A stretch of 64,000 bases of DNA from Octopus bimaculoides (GCF_001194135.2 NC_068985.1:61210244-61274243); one strand, 5' to 3'; positions 1-12,065 are shown, counted from the stretch's first letter. Translations and numbers: made by a program. The notes: generated by a model not told the origin, from the sequence alone.

Positions 1-50
<50 letters not shown>

Positions 51-1431
51 ATACACACAGGTGAATGGACGGACATCTAGTTGTAAAAAACCTGCCTCAA
101 CAAATTCCACCTGATCCGTGCAAGCATGTAAAGTAGACATTCAATGATGGGATGTGTGCGTGTGTGTGTATTTTTTCTTCTATGACTGAGAGGAGGAACA
201 ACAGCACTGATAATCATCTTAAGGATCTTTAAGACTGGTGGAAGAAAATTATCCTCAAACCAGAACTGGTTTGAATTCAGCTTACACTATCACCAAAGGT
301 ATCCAAAGACCAAGGATTAATGTGTCACAGCATGGCACATTATGTCTAATGCTCAACAACATGAAATGTTCTTATATAGATTCATATGAGAAAGATAATT
401 TAGTTAAGAAATAAGTTAGAGAGAGAGAGAGAGAGTTATAGACATCATGCAGCTTCTACTGTGAAAAAATTTCTAAGTATAAACTCTTGGGTGATAGATG
501 AGAAGATAAAAGGAATACAGAAGCTAAAATTTACATATTATTATCAATGTTATTATCTTGAACTGAAGGAAAGACAATTGTGTCTGTAAGACATTATATA
601 GTATGTTACCAAAATTAGAAAGATCTAATCAACAAGATAAGTGCCAACATATTCATTTTTGGTTCATGAATATTCACACACTCACAGCTAAGACATTGTG
701 TACAGTGTGTTAAAATAAATCTACTGAATATATGAAGTGTAGGCCCTCTTCAGTAGCTGCTTAATTAACTGCTTAAATTAACTGTTCTGAAAAGTGATTT
801 GATTAATGAATAATTTTAAAAAGTAATTCAACTAATGAGATAATTGTCTAATTAAAATGTAACTTCAAGAGTCTAATTTAACCCATTAGCATTTATAACT
901 AAACTATGAGAAGATCTGGTCAAATTAAAGTTATAGGTGGCCTGATATGATAAACAATTAACTATGAAGATCTGATAAAATTAAACAGGCTCAAAGTGGC
1001 CTTCACTGTACAGAAGTAGCTAAACACTATGAATATCTGATCAAATTAGTGATGTGGTTAAAGACTAGGTAAATTGATTAACGACTAACTTATTTACTAA
1101 AGTGCACATATAATTGGTCCAATGGTGGTTTATGGAAAGTCAGTCTGATATCAAATAAGGTGGTGATAAATTATCATCAACAATATTTCACAGGTTTCAG
1201 CCATTAGACTGTACATGGCCATGCTAGGGCACCACTTTCAGAGTATAGTTGATTAGATATTAACCCCAGTGTTTTTTCCTATTCTTATTGTATCACCCTA
1301 GAAGGAGAAAAGATATAACTGATTAGGGTTGGATATGAACACAAAGGAATGTAACCAAATGCAATAAGGAGTTTTGTGTGGTGCTCTACTGATTCTTCAC
1401 AAACACTTACAACATGAATGTGTGGGAGGGA

Positions 1432-1465
<34 letters not shown>

Positions 1466-3315
1466 AAGAGAAAGAGAGAGAGAGTGTGTGTGCGTGTGTG
1501 TGTGCACGCGCACGTGATGATGATGATAATGATAAAACAAAACTAAACTATTCTAAAACAGACATAAGAAAATAGATGCAATTTAATGACAGACTACAAC
1601 TATTAACCCTTTCAGTGCTAAATTTTAAACTAACTTTACATGTACATTTCAATTAATATTGGAAATAATCAAGAATCTAAAGGGATTTGATAAGAGAGAG
1701 ATAGTGAGGTAGGTTGTCTGTAATTATTTCATGTAATTATCATTAAAGTCAGCAGGTAAGATGTGTAACATACAAAAACTCTTATTGTATAGCAGCTTCT
1801 TGTTATCTATATATCCTGTCTGCAAGAATGATGAACTGCCATTATTATTATTTTATTTTTCTTTAACTAAATCATCTCTCATTTAGCTGGTGTGTAACAT
1901 ATAGCATAGCAAGAGTTTTACTTAAAATTATAAGTCTTAATTAAAATATGACTGTTTTAAAACAAGAAGTCTTATATAGACTCAGAAGCAGCTTTAAGTA
2001 GATTAATATCAAAGGAATTAAGAAACAGAAGATTGACTTAAGGATAAGAAAGAAATAAAAAAGACAAAAAGAAATCAAATTAATAGAAGAACCTGTTATG
2101 ATGCTTCAATAAAATCAATTTCAGAATGACCGAAGAATAGGAAATTAAGAAAAACGAAAATAAATTTTTAAAAATCTGAAGACAGATTTTTCTCTATTTA
2201 CTGAATGGCATTTCAATAAAAAGTTTTAAAATACACTAAGCAGTCATTATTATTAGGTATGAACAAAGGCATTGAATTGGCAGAATTGTTAGAGTATATT
2301 GGACAAAATTGCCTTATAGTAGTTGTTTCAGCTCTTTAAGAACCACCAAGTTCAATTCATGTTAAGATCAAATTTGTTTTTCATCCTTCCATAGTACCAG
2401 TCACTGACAGAGGTTGATAGTATCAACTAACCCAGCCCCTGGAAGTTACTGGCCTTCTACCTAAATTAGAAATCATTATCATCATTAAGTATGGATATGG
2501 CTAGAAAATGATAGTGCTATGTTACACAGAACTTAAAGTAGCAGCCAGGTTCTAGTTTCAACTCCAGCTGAAACTCCTTCACTTACTCTAATGATGCAGT
2601 TAGCTTCTGAGGGAGCCTCACTGCAGCCACTTAAGCCAATAATTGAACATCTGTGAAGTCAGTCAATCTTCTAAAAACAGCAGCCAAATTTCCTTCAAAT
2701 CACACCCTATCATCTCACAGCAGACAACTCAAGGTCATGGTTAGATTCACAAGTTTGACAAATATAAATCAGGGAAACAACTCAAAGCATCCCTATATAC
2801 ACCATGCCTATATAGATATGTGGCCTTGAATTTAAAGATATTTGTATATCAAATGGTATTTTCAGGATGGCGGTTAAAGTAGAACACTATTTGGTCTTTT
2901 ACCTTATTTTTGACATGTCCCCTTTCTTGCCAGTCCTGAATTGACTGCAAGATAAGGAAGTAATACTATACAGGAAGAAGAAAGACCTTGTACACTCACT
3001 AAAATAATAATTAGTGCTTAAATGGAAATTCTGCTTCAACAATATTCACATAAAAAGTCTTCAGTTAAATCATGCACTCTATTTAAGATACTGATGACAG
3101 AATATATCTGAAAGTAAATTAAAGACAACTAACTTCCTAAACAGCAGGACTGGAGAGATGGCACAGTTAGCAGCAGCAGAAAGGTAAACAGAGTGGGAGT
3201 AATAAATGCTAAAATAATAGCTAATCAAAATTAGGTCATGTTTTAATAAGTACTGTGAGAAAATATTGCCTTACAGGCTTTAGTTAACCCATTGAAGCTT
3301 GCATCTGTTGATAAT

Positions 3316-3349
<34 letters not shown>

Positions 3350-3365
<16 letters not shown>

Positions 3366-3620
3366 CTGAGAATGTGTGTGTGTGTTTGTGTGTGTGTGTA
3401 TCTGTCTGTCTGTATGTGTGCATCACTAAAACTTGAGAGCTACCCAATAGATTTCATTCAAATTTTACACATGCCTTATTTAGGGCCCATGCGGTATCAT
3501 GGGCTAAAAAAATTTTCAACTTCTAGCCTAATGTGACTCCAGAGCAGTCTCTTATCTCTTAGACTGTTTCTGTATTAAGTGTCAAAAGTGAAACAATAAC
3601 ATCTCTATTTATACTTTCAT
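3350..3620 (+). mobile_element. Non-autonomous Helitron/Helentron-like (DINE-1/Lep1-type) 5' portion
   Basis: (TA)n-ATAAAGCTGAGAAT followed by a GT/CTGT microsatellite and ACCCAATAGATTTCATTCAAATTTTACAC; this layout resembles DINE-1/Lep1 cores. Assigned by resemblance only. Confidence 0.45.
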
Positions 3621-3733
3621 AATGTATCTGTATATATTAGTTTCATTTCTATTACTTTCTGTATGTATTTATATACGTTTGTATATGCATGTATGCATAT
3701 ATATATGTATGTATGTATATGTGTGTATATATA

Positions 3734-3774
<41 letters not shown>

Positions 3775-3776
<2 letters not shown>

Positions 3777-4529
3777 CATCATCATTATCATCAACATTGT
3801 TTAACGTCCGCATTCCATGCTAGCATGGGTTGGACGATTTGACTGAGGACTGGTGAAACCGGATGGCAACACCAGGCTCCTATCTAATTTGGCAGTTTCT
3901 ACAGCTGGATGCCCTTCCTAACACCAACCACTCAGAGAGGGTAGTGGGTGCTTTTACGTGTCATCCGCACGAAGGCCAGTCAGGCAGTACTGGCAACAGC
4001 CATGCTCAAAATGGTGTATTTTATGTGCCACCCGCACAAGAGCCAGTCCAGGGGAACTGGCAACGATCTCGCTCGAAAATCCTACGAAGGTCAGTCAGGC
4101 GGTCCTGGCAACAGTCACGCTCAAAATGGTGTATTTTATGTGCCACCCACACAAGAGCCAGTCCAGGGGCACTGGCAACGATCTCACTTGGTTTCACTTG
4201 GCTTGCCGGGTCTTCTCACGCACAGCACATTTCTAAAGATCTCGGTCAGTAGTCATCGCCTCGGTGAGGCCCAATGTTCGAAGGTCTTGCCTCACTACCT
4301 CAGCCCAGGTCTTCCTGAGCCTACCTCTTCCACGGGTTCCCTCAACTGTTAGGGTGTGGCACTTTTTCACGCAGCTATCCTCATCCATTCTCACCACATG
4401 TCCATACCAGCACAATCGTCTCTCTTGCACACCACAACTGATGCTTATGTTCAGCTTTTCTCTCAAGATACTTACACTCTGTCGGGTATGCACACTGACA
4501 TTACACATCCAACGGAGCATACTGGCTTC
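3775..4529 (-). mobile_element. RTE-clade LINE 3' fragment (RT C-terminus, 3'UTR, (ATG)n tail)
   Basis: ORF 4233..4520 reads RRLCWYGHVVRMDEDSCVKKC...VEGTRGRGRLRKTWAEVVRQDL, an RTE RT C-terminal motif. The palindrome CCATGCTAGCATGG lies near the 3' end and the tail is (CAT)n on +. The same 3'UTR recurs elsewhere in the window. Confidence 0.9.
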
Positions 4530-4549
4530 NNNNNNNNNNACCTATATAT

Positions 4550-5055
4550 GCATCATCATCATCATCATCGTTTAACATCTGCTTTCCATGCTAGCATGGG
4601 TTGGACGATTTGACTGAGGACTGGTGAACCAGATGGCTACACCAGGCTCCAATCTGATTTGGCAGAGTTTCTACAGCTAGATGCCCTTCCTAACGCCAAC
4701 CACTCCGAGAGTGTAGCGGGTGCTTTTAGGTGCCACCGGCACGAAGGTCAGTCAGGAGGTACTGGCAACGGCCACGCTCGAAATGGTGTACTTTACGTGC
4801 CACCTGCACAGGAGCCAGTCCAGTGGTACTGGCAACGAACTCGCTCGAATGTCTTTTCACGTGCCCAAGTGTGTGGTTATGATCACGCTCAAATGGTGCT
4901 ATTTACGTGGCACCGGCACAGAAGCCAGACAGCTGGTGCTCTGGCAACAATCATGCTCGGATGGTGCTCTTAGTGATCTACTGGTACAAGTGCCATCACG
5001 ATTTCACTTCGCTTGCCCCAACTGGTCTTCGCAAGCCGAGTTTAGTGTCCAATGA
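4550..5055 (-). mobile_element. RTE LINE 3'UTR copy (second subfamily)
   Basis: Shares the terminal ~200 bp with 3775-4529; its upstream part matches the reverse complement of 49000-49430. Confidence 0.85.
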
Positions 5056-5079
5056 ATGCTATATTTAAAGCGCAGGAGT

Positions 5080-5428
5080 GGCTGTGTGGTAAGTAGCTTG
5101 CATACCAACCACATGGTTCTGGGTTCAGTCACATTGCGTGGCACCTTGGGCAAGTGCCTTCTACTATTTGGTAGACGGAAACTGAAAGAAGCCCATCGTA
5201 TATATGTATATATGTGTGTGTGTGTGTGTGTGTGTTTGTGTGTCTACCTCCAACATCGCTTGACAACCGATGCTGGTGTGTTTACGTCCCCGTAACTTAG
5301 CGGTTCGGCAAAAGAGACCAATAGAATAAGTACGAGGCTTACAAAGAATAAGTCCTAGGGTCGATTTGCTTGACTAAAGGCCGTGCTCCAGCATGGTCGC
5401 AGTCAAATGACTGAAACAAGTAAAAGAG
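5080..5428 (+). mobile_element. tRNA-derived CORE-type SINE, full length
   Basis: A-box-like TGGCTGTGTGGT, B-box-like GGTTCAGTC, CORE-like GCACCTTGGGCAAGT, internal (TA/TG)n and tail ...GCAGTCAAATGACTGAAACAAGTAAAAG; homologous copy at 53802-54200. Confidence 0.85.
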
Positions 5429-5431
5429 ATA

Positions 5432-5479
<48 letters not shown>

Positions 5480-5841
5480 TTTATTTATATANNNNNNNNN
5501 NNNNNNNNNNNNNNNNNNNNNNNNNNNNNNNNNNNNNNNNNNNNNNNNNNNNNNNNNNNNNNNNNNNNNNNNNNNNNNNNNNNNNNNNNNNNNNNNNNNN
5601 NNNNNNNNNNNNNNNNNNNNNNNNNNNNNNNNNNNNNNNNNNNNNNNNNNNNNNNNNNNNNNNNNNNNNNNNNNNNNNNNNNNNNNNNNNNNNNNNNNNN
5701 NNNNNNNNNNNNNNNNNNNNNNNNNNNNNNNNNNNNNNNNGATATCACACCCATTTTATAGGTAGAGATATCAAGTTAAAGCGATGCATTTTGAGTAGAT
5801 ATGAATAATAACAATAAATGGAGCAAAATGCATATAAATAT

Positions 5842-5926
5842 TCCTACATATGTTTCAAAATATATGTGCACTCTACTCCAAAGAAGTAAGAGCTGCTGGA
5901 ATTGCACATATATTCATCATCAGGGA
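5842..5926 (-). ncRNA. Type I hammerhead ribozyme motif (intact core, long stem II)
   Basis: Minus strand: TCC-CTGATGA-TG-AATATATGTGCA-[loop]-TGCACATATATT-TT-GAAA-CATATG-TA-GGA. Confidence 0.7.
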
Positions 5927-6806
5927 GCCAACATATAGAAGCAAGACAAATGCGAAATGATAAGGTAACTTACGAGTTATAAAATTATATTATATGGCCA
6001 AGTAAGAGACCGTTAGAAGTAAGAACACTGGTTTACATAGAGTTATAACGGGAGGGTGGGCTATAAACGCTATACTAAAGGTTTAAATTAAATTATTAAA
6101 ATAGGGGGAGGGGGCAAAATTAATCACAGCAAAGTAAACTGAAGCCGTAAACTATAAGCTAATCCAAATGTGGAGGAAGGGAAAGAATCAAGAGAGTTCA
6201 TCATATAAAAATTTCCCCTTAAGGAAAAAAATTATAACATACTAATTTAAAGCGAAGAATGTAAATATAAAAAATAAATAAAGCATTATAGCCTTGTAAT
6301 ATATTATAATAATATACGGATATTAACGCAAGGTACAGGATATTTAGTTAAGAAATAATAATAATAATAATAATAATAATATGCAAGCTTACAAGGAGAA
6401 GATCGGGAATATTTAGTTAAAGTTACTAATGGTACAAACACAACCAATGTAGCATTACTAGGAAGAAATTACTTAACCAACTATAGAAGGGGAAAATAAA
6501 AGACAAGTGGCGATGGAGGCAGAAATAGATATTGTTTAAGATTATATTAAAAATATTAAAATTAATAACATACACCTCTCACTTGAAAAATCATAATGTT
6601 CTTGTGCAAAATAAAACAAAGAAAAACCCTCCTGCATTTTAATTAAAGATTCATTTGTTGTATAATTAACAGACGATATTTGTTAAAATATAATGCATGT
6701 ACATGTGAAGACTCTGTTTTTTATGGTGAAGCAATACTGATAACAAAACAGCCGTGACCGCGTGTGCATCGTTGGCAATTTTCTTTCTCTATTTTCCTTT
6801 CCCTAT

Positions 6807-6841
6807 ATTTCTGATGAAGAGCTCCGCTCGAAACGTGAAAT
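6807..6841 (+). ncRNA. Minimal type I hammerhead motif (non-cleavable GUG triplet)
   Basis: ATTT-CTGATGA-A-GAGC-TCC-GCTC-GAAA-CG-TG-AAAT; same family as 59832-59862. Confidence 0.6.
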
Positions 6842-6929
6842 CCTCTTTCTTTTCCTGCGCGTCAAATAACACTGTACTTATTCCACGTCCTCGCGTTGTT
6901 GTTTTTTCGTGCTTGTTCATGTTTGGATT

Positions 6930-6980
<51 letters not shown>

Positions 6981-7777
6981 TGCACACACACACACACTAA
7001 TGCACATGGGTGTATTATGGGTGTCTGATCGGTGTTTTACATCCAGTTTTTCCATGCTGACATGGAATTCTAACAATAGTGTCTTACATTTTCATACAAC
7101 ACTAAAGCAGGCAATTCCAATCTGAACAAGTGATTCTTTCCTTTAAAAAAATCTGTGATTTTCTACACCAATATGCTGCTACTAGAAAACAGAAATATTC
7201 CCACAGGGGATGTAATAAACTTTATTGCAACATTTACAAGCCACTTTACCTACTACAAAATATTGTAGTAGGTACTTAGCACTTGGTTAACAAGTTTGTC
7301 ACTAAAAGAGAACTTTTTATTAGAAGCCAGTTTAACATTTGCTAAAGTGACGCAACAATTTGAAAATGTCAACTCTGCAAATACGAAGAAAATGCTTTCT
7401 GGAAACCTAACCAAATAATATTACATTGCAATTGTTAAATATAAATTAAATACATAAAACAAACTATAAAAGTGTTTGAATTGGTTTGAAAAATTTGTTT
7501 AACCCTAAAATGATTGGATTATCATCTACAGACAGAAAAAAATATTTAATCAGTCTTTTCCAACTTAAGGCTAAGAAATAAGTTTGATGTGAAAAAAAAA
7601 AAATTTTCTCAGACACACACATCGTGTGTGTTATTTAAATAATATTATAAATTTAATCTCATAACAACCAATTTATGTTACTGAATAGTTTCATGCTGAA
7701 AAACCTTCAGTATGAAACTATTTAAATTGCCAAACATCAGACAAGGTTAAATGAAAAAGTATATGACAACCTATATA

Positions 7778-8964
7778 CTGTAAAAACCCATGTAATTTGC
7801 GTACCTGTGTAATTTATGTAGGTAATTTTCAGGATAAAATTTGTTAAAAAAAAGCTTCTACTCATGTAGCCAGCAGCAAAAGGTTTTCAATTTAGTTGTA
7901 TTTAGTATAATTTCATTAACTTATGATTAGATTTCATTAAATAAAAATAATTTCTTTTTAACAGGTATCACAATGAAAGCTATTAAATTACAAAGTGTTT
8001 GTGTTGTTTATAATAAACTTTATTTTATGGTTTTTGCCCACAAGAAATTATTCTGATCTTTAGCATAATGCTCTATGTCTTCTCAAATCACAATCACAGG
8101 AAAAGTTGTTCATAAGAGTTACTAAAAAAAACAAAGCTGATAAATACACACAGGTGTTGCACATCAGCTTGGAAGACATTTTACTCAACCGACAGAGGAA
8201 GGTAACCAATCAAACTGATTATGTAAACAGAATTCTTTTCTGCCTATTCTTGTCAGAACCTTTGATACGGAGTATTGAAATTTTAATCCCTTCCACACTT
8301 ATAAAATGTTAAGCAAACTTAAAAATTTGTCATTACCATTATTGTCAGTATGGGCAGAACTTATGAATCGTTTACTGCGAAGGGGAAATTAAGTATGTTG
8401 AATGTGACAATAGAGCTGCTGGAAGGTATTTTCATGTTAATGTAGCCAACGTTCAAAATTGGTGTAAACAATATGACAAACTTAAAACTGTGCCTAGTAA
8501 TAAACAGACAAAAATAAAAACATACAATCAAGATTATCCATATCATTACATTTTTTTCAGTCAGGAATATCCCTATCACTATGTATGTTAATGGTGCTCC
8601 ATTGCAATGGGTAGAAACACCAAGCAATGTAAAACATGACCCGAACCATGTTTACCAGCATGAACATCAGACTTCAAAGAGTAGTAAACCACTTAATGGT
8701 TTTAGTAAATTTATATAGAAAAAGTAAGCATTATACCATCTAGCATAAATAAAAATCAACTTCATTATATTTAAGTCATTATTTTTTCTGTAAAAAACCT
8801 ATTCTGACATTAAATGAGTCAACTTCCGGTACGAATGTTTGTTTTGTACGTCTTTTTTCAACAAAAAAAATTCTGGAAGCAATCTACTCATGTAATTTAT
8901 GCACCCACTAAAGTTTATTTTTATTTTTGCAAAAAAAGTGTATAAATTACATGGGTTTTTACAG
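7778..8964 (+). mobile_element. Defective pogo/Tc2-like DNA transposon
   Basis: Perfect 21-bp TIRs (CTGTAAAAACCCATGTAATTT at 7778-7798, reverse complement at 8944-8964), TA on both sides. From 8350 a frameshifted MGRTYESFTAKGKL...DNRAAGRYFHVNVANVQNWCKQ resembles the Brinker-type HTH of pogo transposases. Confidence 0.85.
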
Positions 8965-9261
8965 TAATTTTTCATTCAGCCATGACCAATGATTGATAAT
9001 TTAGTTGTCGGTAATTAGAAAGTTCTTCAGCATAAATACAATTTCATAGTATAAATTGGCCGTTATAAGACTAAATTTATAATTTAATGTAAATTATACA
9101 TCCTTTCAATTACCTAATAGGCAAGTGCCTGTTTTTTTGGGGGTTTTTTTAAAAAATCATTACAAGACTCAGAGTATGGAAGTTTGACCCAGTTTTGTAG
9201 AGATCTAAACTACCAAAACTCAGTAAAATCGTGTTATAGCTGCAGTATTATATATTTTGTG

Positions 9262-11450
9262 TCACATATTTATAAAATTCTCGAAAATGTCAATTTTTCG
9301 AAAAGTTACAATGTTTTCTTTAAATCTCTGAGGTACTTCACCTGTTTTCCTATACTTAACCTTTAAAGAAGATATTTTGCTCTTTAACTTTGCCTCAGTT
9401 GGATACGTGGATATATCATCGTGTGGAGGATGTCTTTGTTGGAGCAATTCCAATGCCCTGCATGGTGTAATATTAAGATCTTCCCAAAATATTTCCAGCA
9501 CTGTTGACTTGAATGGCTCGTGAATTCCATGGCTAGCATTATACGATATTGATTGTCCCTTTCTTTTCTTTGCCATCAAGGATGAAATAACAGTGTGAAT
9601 TTCTGTTTCCAATGGTAAATCCAAACGTCCAGGATGTCTACGTTTAAGTTCCACTAATATTTTACCTGGACCACATTTCATAGCTTCGTTTTCAAAATAA
9701 AACATATCAATAATTTCTTGTTTAAATGGATCCACATACTTTCGACCATACTTATTACTATGCTTTCTTGTTCTTGCCCATCCTGTTTCAAATCCATAAC
9801 ACTCATTATTATGCTGGATCACTTCATGAATGAGATCAAACATCTTAAGTTCTTCAGCATTTGAACTAGTATTAATCACCTCAAATTGATGCTGTTCATA
9901 TATATCTTTAGCATAAACAATAGCTTGACTGATTAAATCTTGTTGTCCTAAGGCTCCCTTGCAATTATGGATTTCCATTTTGTAGGCAGTTGCAAATTTC
10001 CTATGACAGAAATTACATTGAAGAGGATTTTCATCATCTGATTCCATATCAAAATCATTAATATTTGATGCTACTGCAAGTCCAATACAATGCTTCTCTG
10101 GGATATTCCCCTCAACACTATAAACAATACATTTTGTTAAGCTGCCTCTACCTTTCTCTACTACACCAATTTCTTCAACAGTGTCTGTATTAAATATTTC
10201 ATTTTCATTGGAAGCATAATCTTCTTCATCAGATTCGCTTTCACAATTTCCTTCATTTACATTGTTCGTAGTGCCATTGATAAGGTTGTATGTTGCTGTC
10301 AATGGTAAGTTCAAATTTTCATAAACTGAAGTGGAATTTCTTGTCAAATCAAACAGTACTTCCATATGATCACCTATGTTTTGTAATTTTCCAATTATCT
10401 CTAAGTTTTCCTGTTCAAACTGTTCAACAGCAGGCCTATCAATACCAACCAATTCTGCCACTGTATTACTTACACCGCCATTAGCATTTAAAGCATCGAC
10501 TAATACAACAGAAGTTATAACATCTGAACCAATATTACATGCCTCATAGCTGTAGCAAAATGAGTGTCAATACTGCCTTTACCATCTTGTACACCAGTGT
10601 GTACAAAAGTACAAAGTTTAAGGTTCTATCTATCTACACTTTTATATAATGTAAACAATAAGTTTCTCTTCTTATAAAATCTTGTGTTGTCAAACTGTAC
10701 ATAAAGATTTCGAATGTATGGAAATTTGGTCGATATTTGTCTACATACTGCTTCAAAATAGGACATAACAGCCACATGGTCTTGCTTACTATCCCCAGTA
10801 GAAATGTGAGCAAAGTAAGTGATACGATAATCCTTTAAATTTTCAGTTTTACGCCGTTTTTCAGCGGTGTATCATGTATACATCATGGTTCCATGCCACG
10901 AATGACCCTTTCTTACCGTAAAAATCTGTAGTTTTTTCCCTATAGTATATAGCTTCGAATTTCATTTTGAAATCCATAACCATAGCATCTTCTAAATGTA
11001 AATTGAACATTATTTCATCAATCCTATTGCATTGATTAAGTTCTCTCACGCAATGACCAAATAAAAGATATAATTTTTCCATAGCATCATTCAATAGAGT
11101 TTCATGTTCTGGGCTCACATGCCGTTTAATGTATTGTATTACATGCTTGGGAAAGCAACAAAGACCACATTGTTTCATTTCTGTTCCAGATATGGAATAA
11201 AGAAAACTCTTTCTCCATGACATTACATGTAGAAATGTGTCCCTCATAGGTTGTCTTAATGTAAGCTTCCACACTACCACACTTGAAACATACCTGTTAT
11301 AACTCTTTATCTTGATTTGGATGTATGTGAAGGTATTTGGAAAGCCCAAACTTATTTCTGCAAATGTGCTAAGCACTGATGCAGATCATGGTTTAATCAA
11401 TAAGTGTAGAAGTGAGGTAAATGCAAGAAAAATAGAGGGGTCAGTGGAGC
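9262..11450 (-). pseudogene. Sola3-like DD(E/D) transposase, disrupted in the catalytic half; C-terminal 399-aa ORF (9262..10461) open
   Basis: Joining frames gives MDFKMKFEAIYYREKTTDFYGKKG/SWHG...SKQDHVAV...VQFDNTRFY...QDGKGSIDTHFA...GSDV...ALNANGGVSN, matching the DxxMK-RE-GKxGxSWH-QD-DN-GKxxxD motif order I recall for Sola3. The C-terminal ORF has an acidic tract, CxxC...HxC and GWA motifs. Transposase call is firm; the Sola3 label needs Repbase/HMM confirmation. Confidence 0.75.
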
Positions 11451-11727
11451 CTCATTTAAGCGGCCTTCAGAAATTGAACCTCTTTACGATACTCCCTGAG
11501 GGTTCACAGTATGAAATTCAATGTTATTGCTCCGATTTGGTTGCCAATGCCATGTATTTAGTTTAAAATGCAGTAAAAATAGGGGCCCTGAAAAAACATA
11601 AACCTCCTTAGGCTTGGGATTAGGGAAGTTACTGGTTTGAGTTTTGTTGCCCTTTCACCAACGGTCTGGGAAGAGTTAATGAACATAAAAACATAACAGA
11701 GAAATATCACTGAAATTTAATAATAGC

Positions 11728-11756
<29 letters not shown>

Positions 11757-11759
<3 letters not shown>

Positions 11760-12065
11760 ACTAGCAGCTAAGCCTGGTTTCACCCGGTCGGTTTGGATGA
11801 TGTGGCTGTAAAACCTGTTCTCTGCATAAGCATTCGACTTGTTTGGGCATGCTTACATTAAAAAATAATTTTAGAATGACTTTTTTCTGTCAAAACGCTA
11901 AAAATAACTGACCAAAAAAAAAACAACCAAGATTCAACCAAATCAAAAAAATAAACCCAAATACTAAGCGAACAAAGATGAACCATCCCACTTCCATTCC
12001 GCATGCACACGCACACATTCACATACCCTGCCTTTTACATATACACACATATATTTACACAGATT
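11757..12065 (+). mobile_element. Helentron-associated (HINE-like) non-autonomous element
   Basis: Starts AACTAGCAGCTAAGCCTGGTTTCACCCGG, resembling the ACTAG...CCCGG subterminal hairpin of HINEs; resemblance only. Confidence 0.4.

Noticed and set aside
3087-3125. CTGATGA-CAGAATATATCT-GAAA-GTAAAT-TA
   Set aside because: No stem I pairing and marginal stem III; likely chance in AT-rich DNA.
3863-4352. Overlapping 90-135 aa ORFs that recur at 4659, 15699-16383, 33851 and 49009
   Set aside because: Antisense or UTR readings of the GC-richer RTE 3'UTR; they recur because the repeat does.
11570-11680. Candidate terminus of the Sola3-like element (GGGAAGAG-TTAA)
   Set aside because: No matching inverted repeat found near 9000-9260, so element boundaries cannot be defined.
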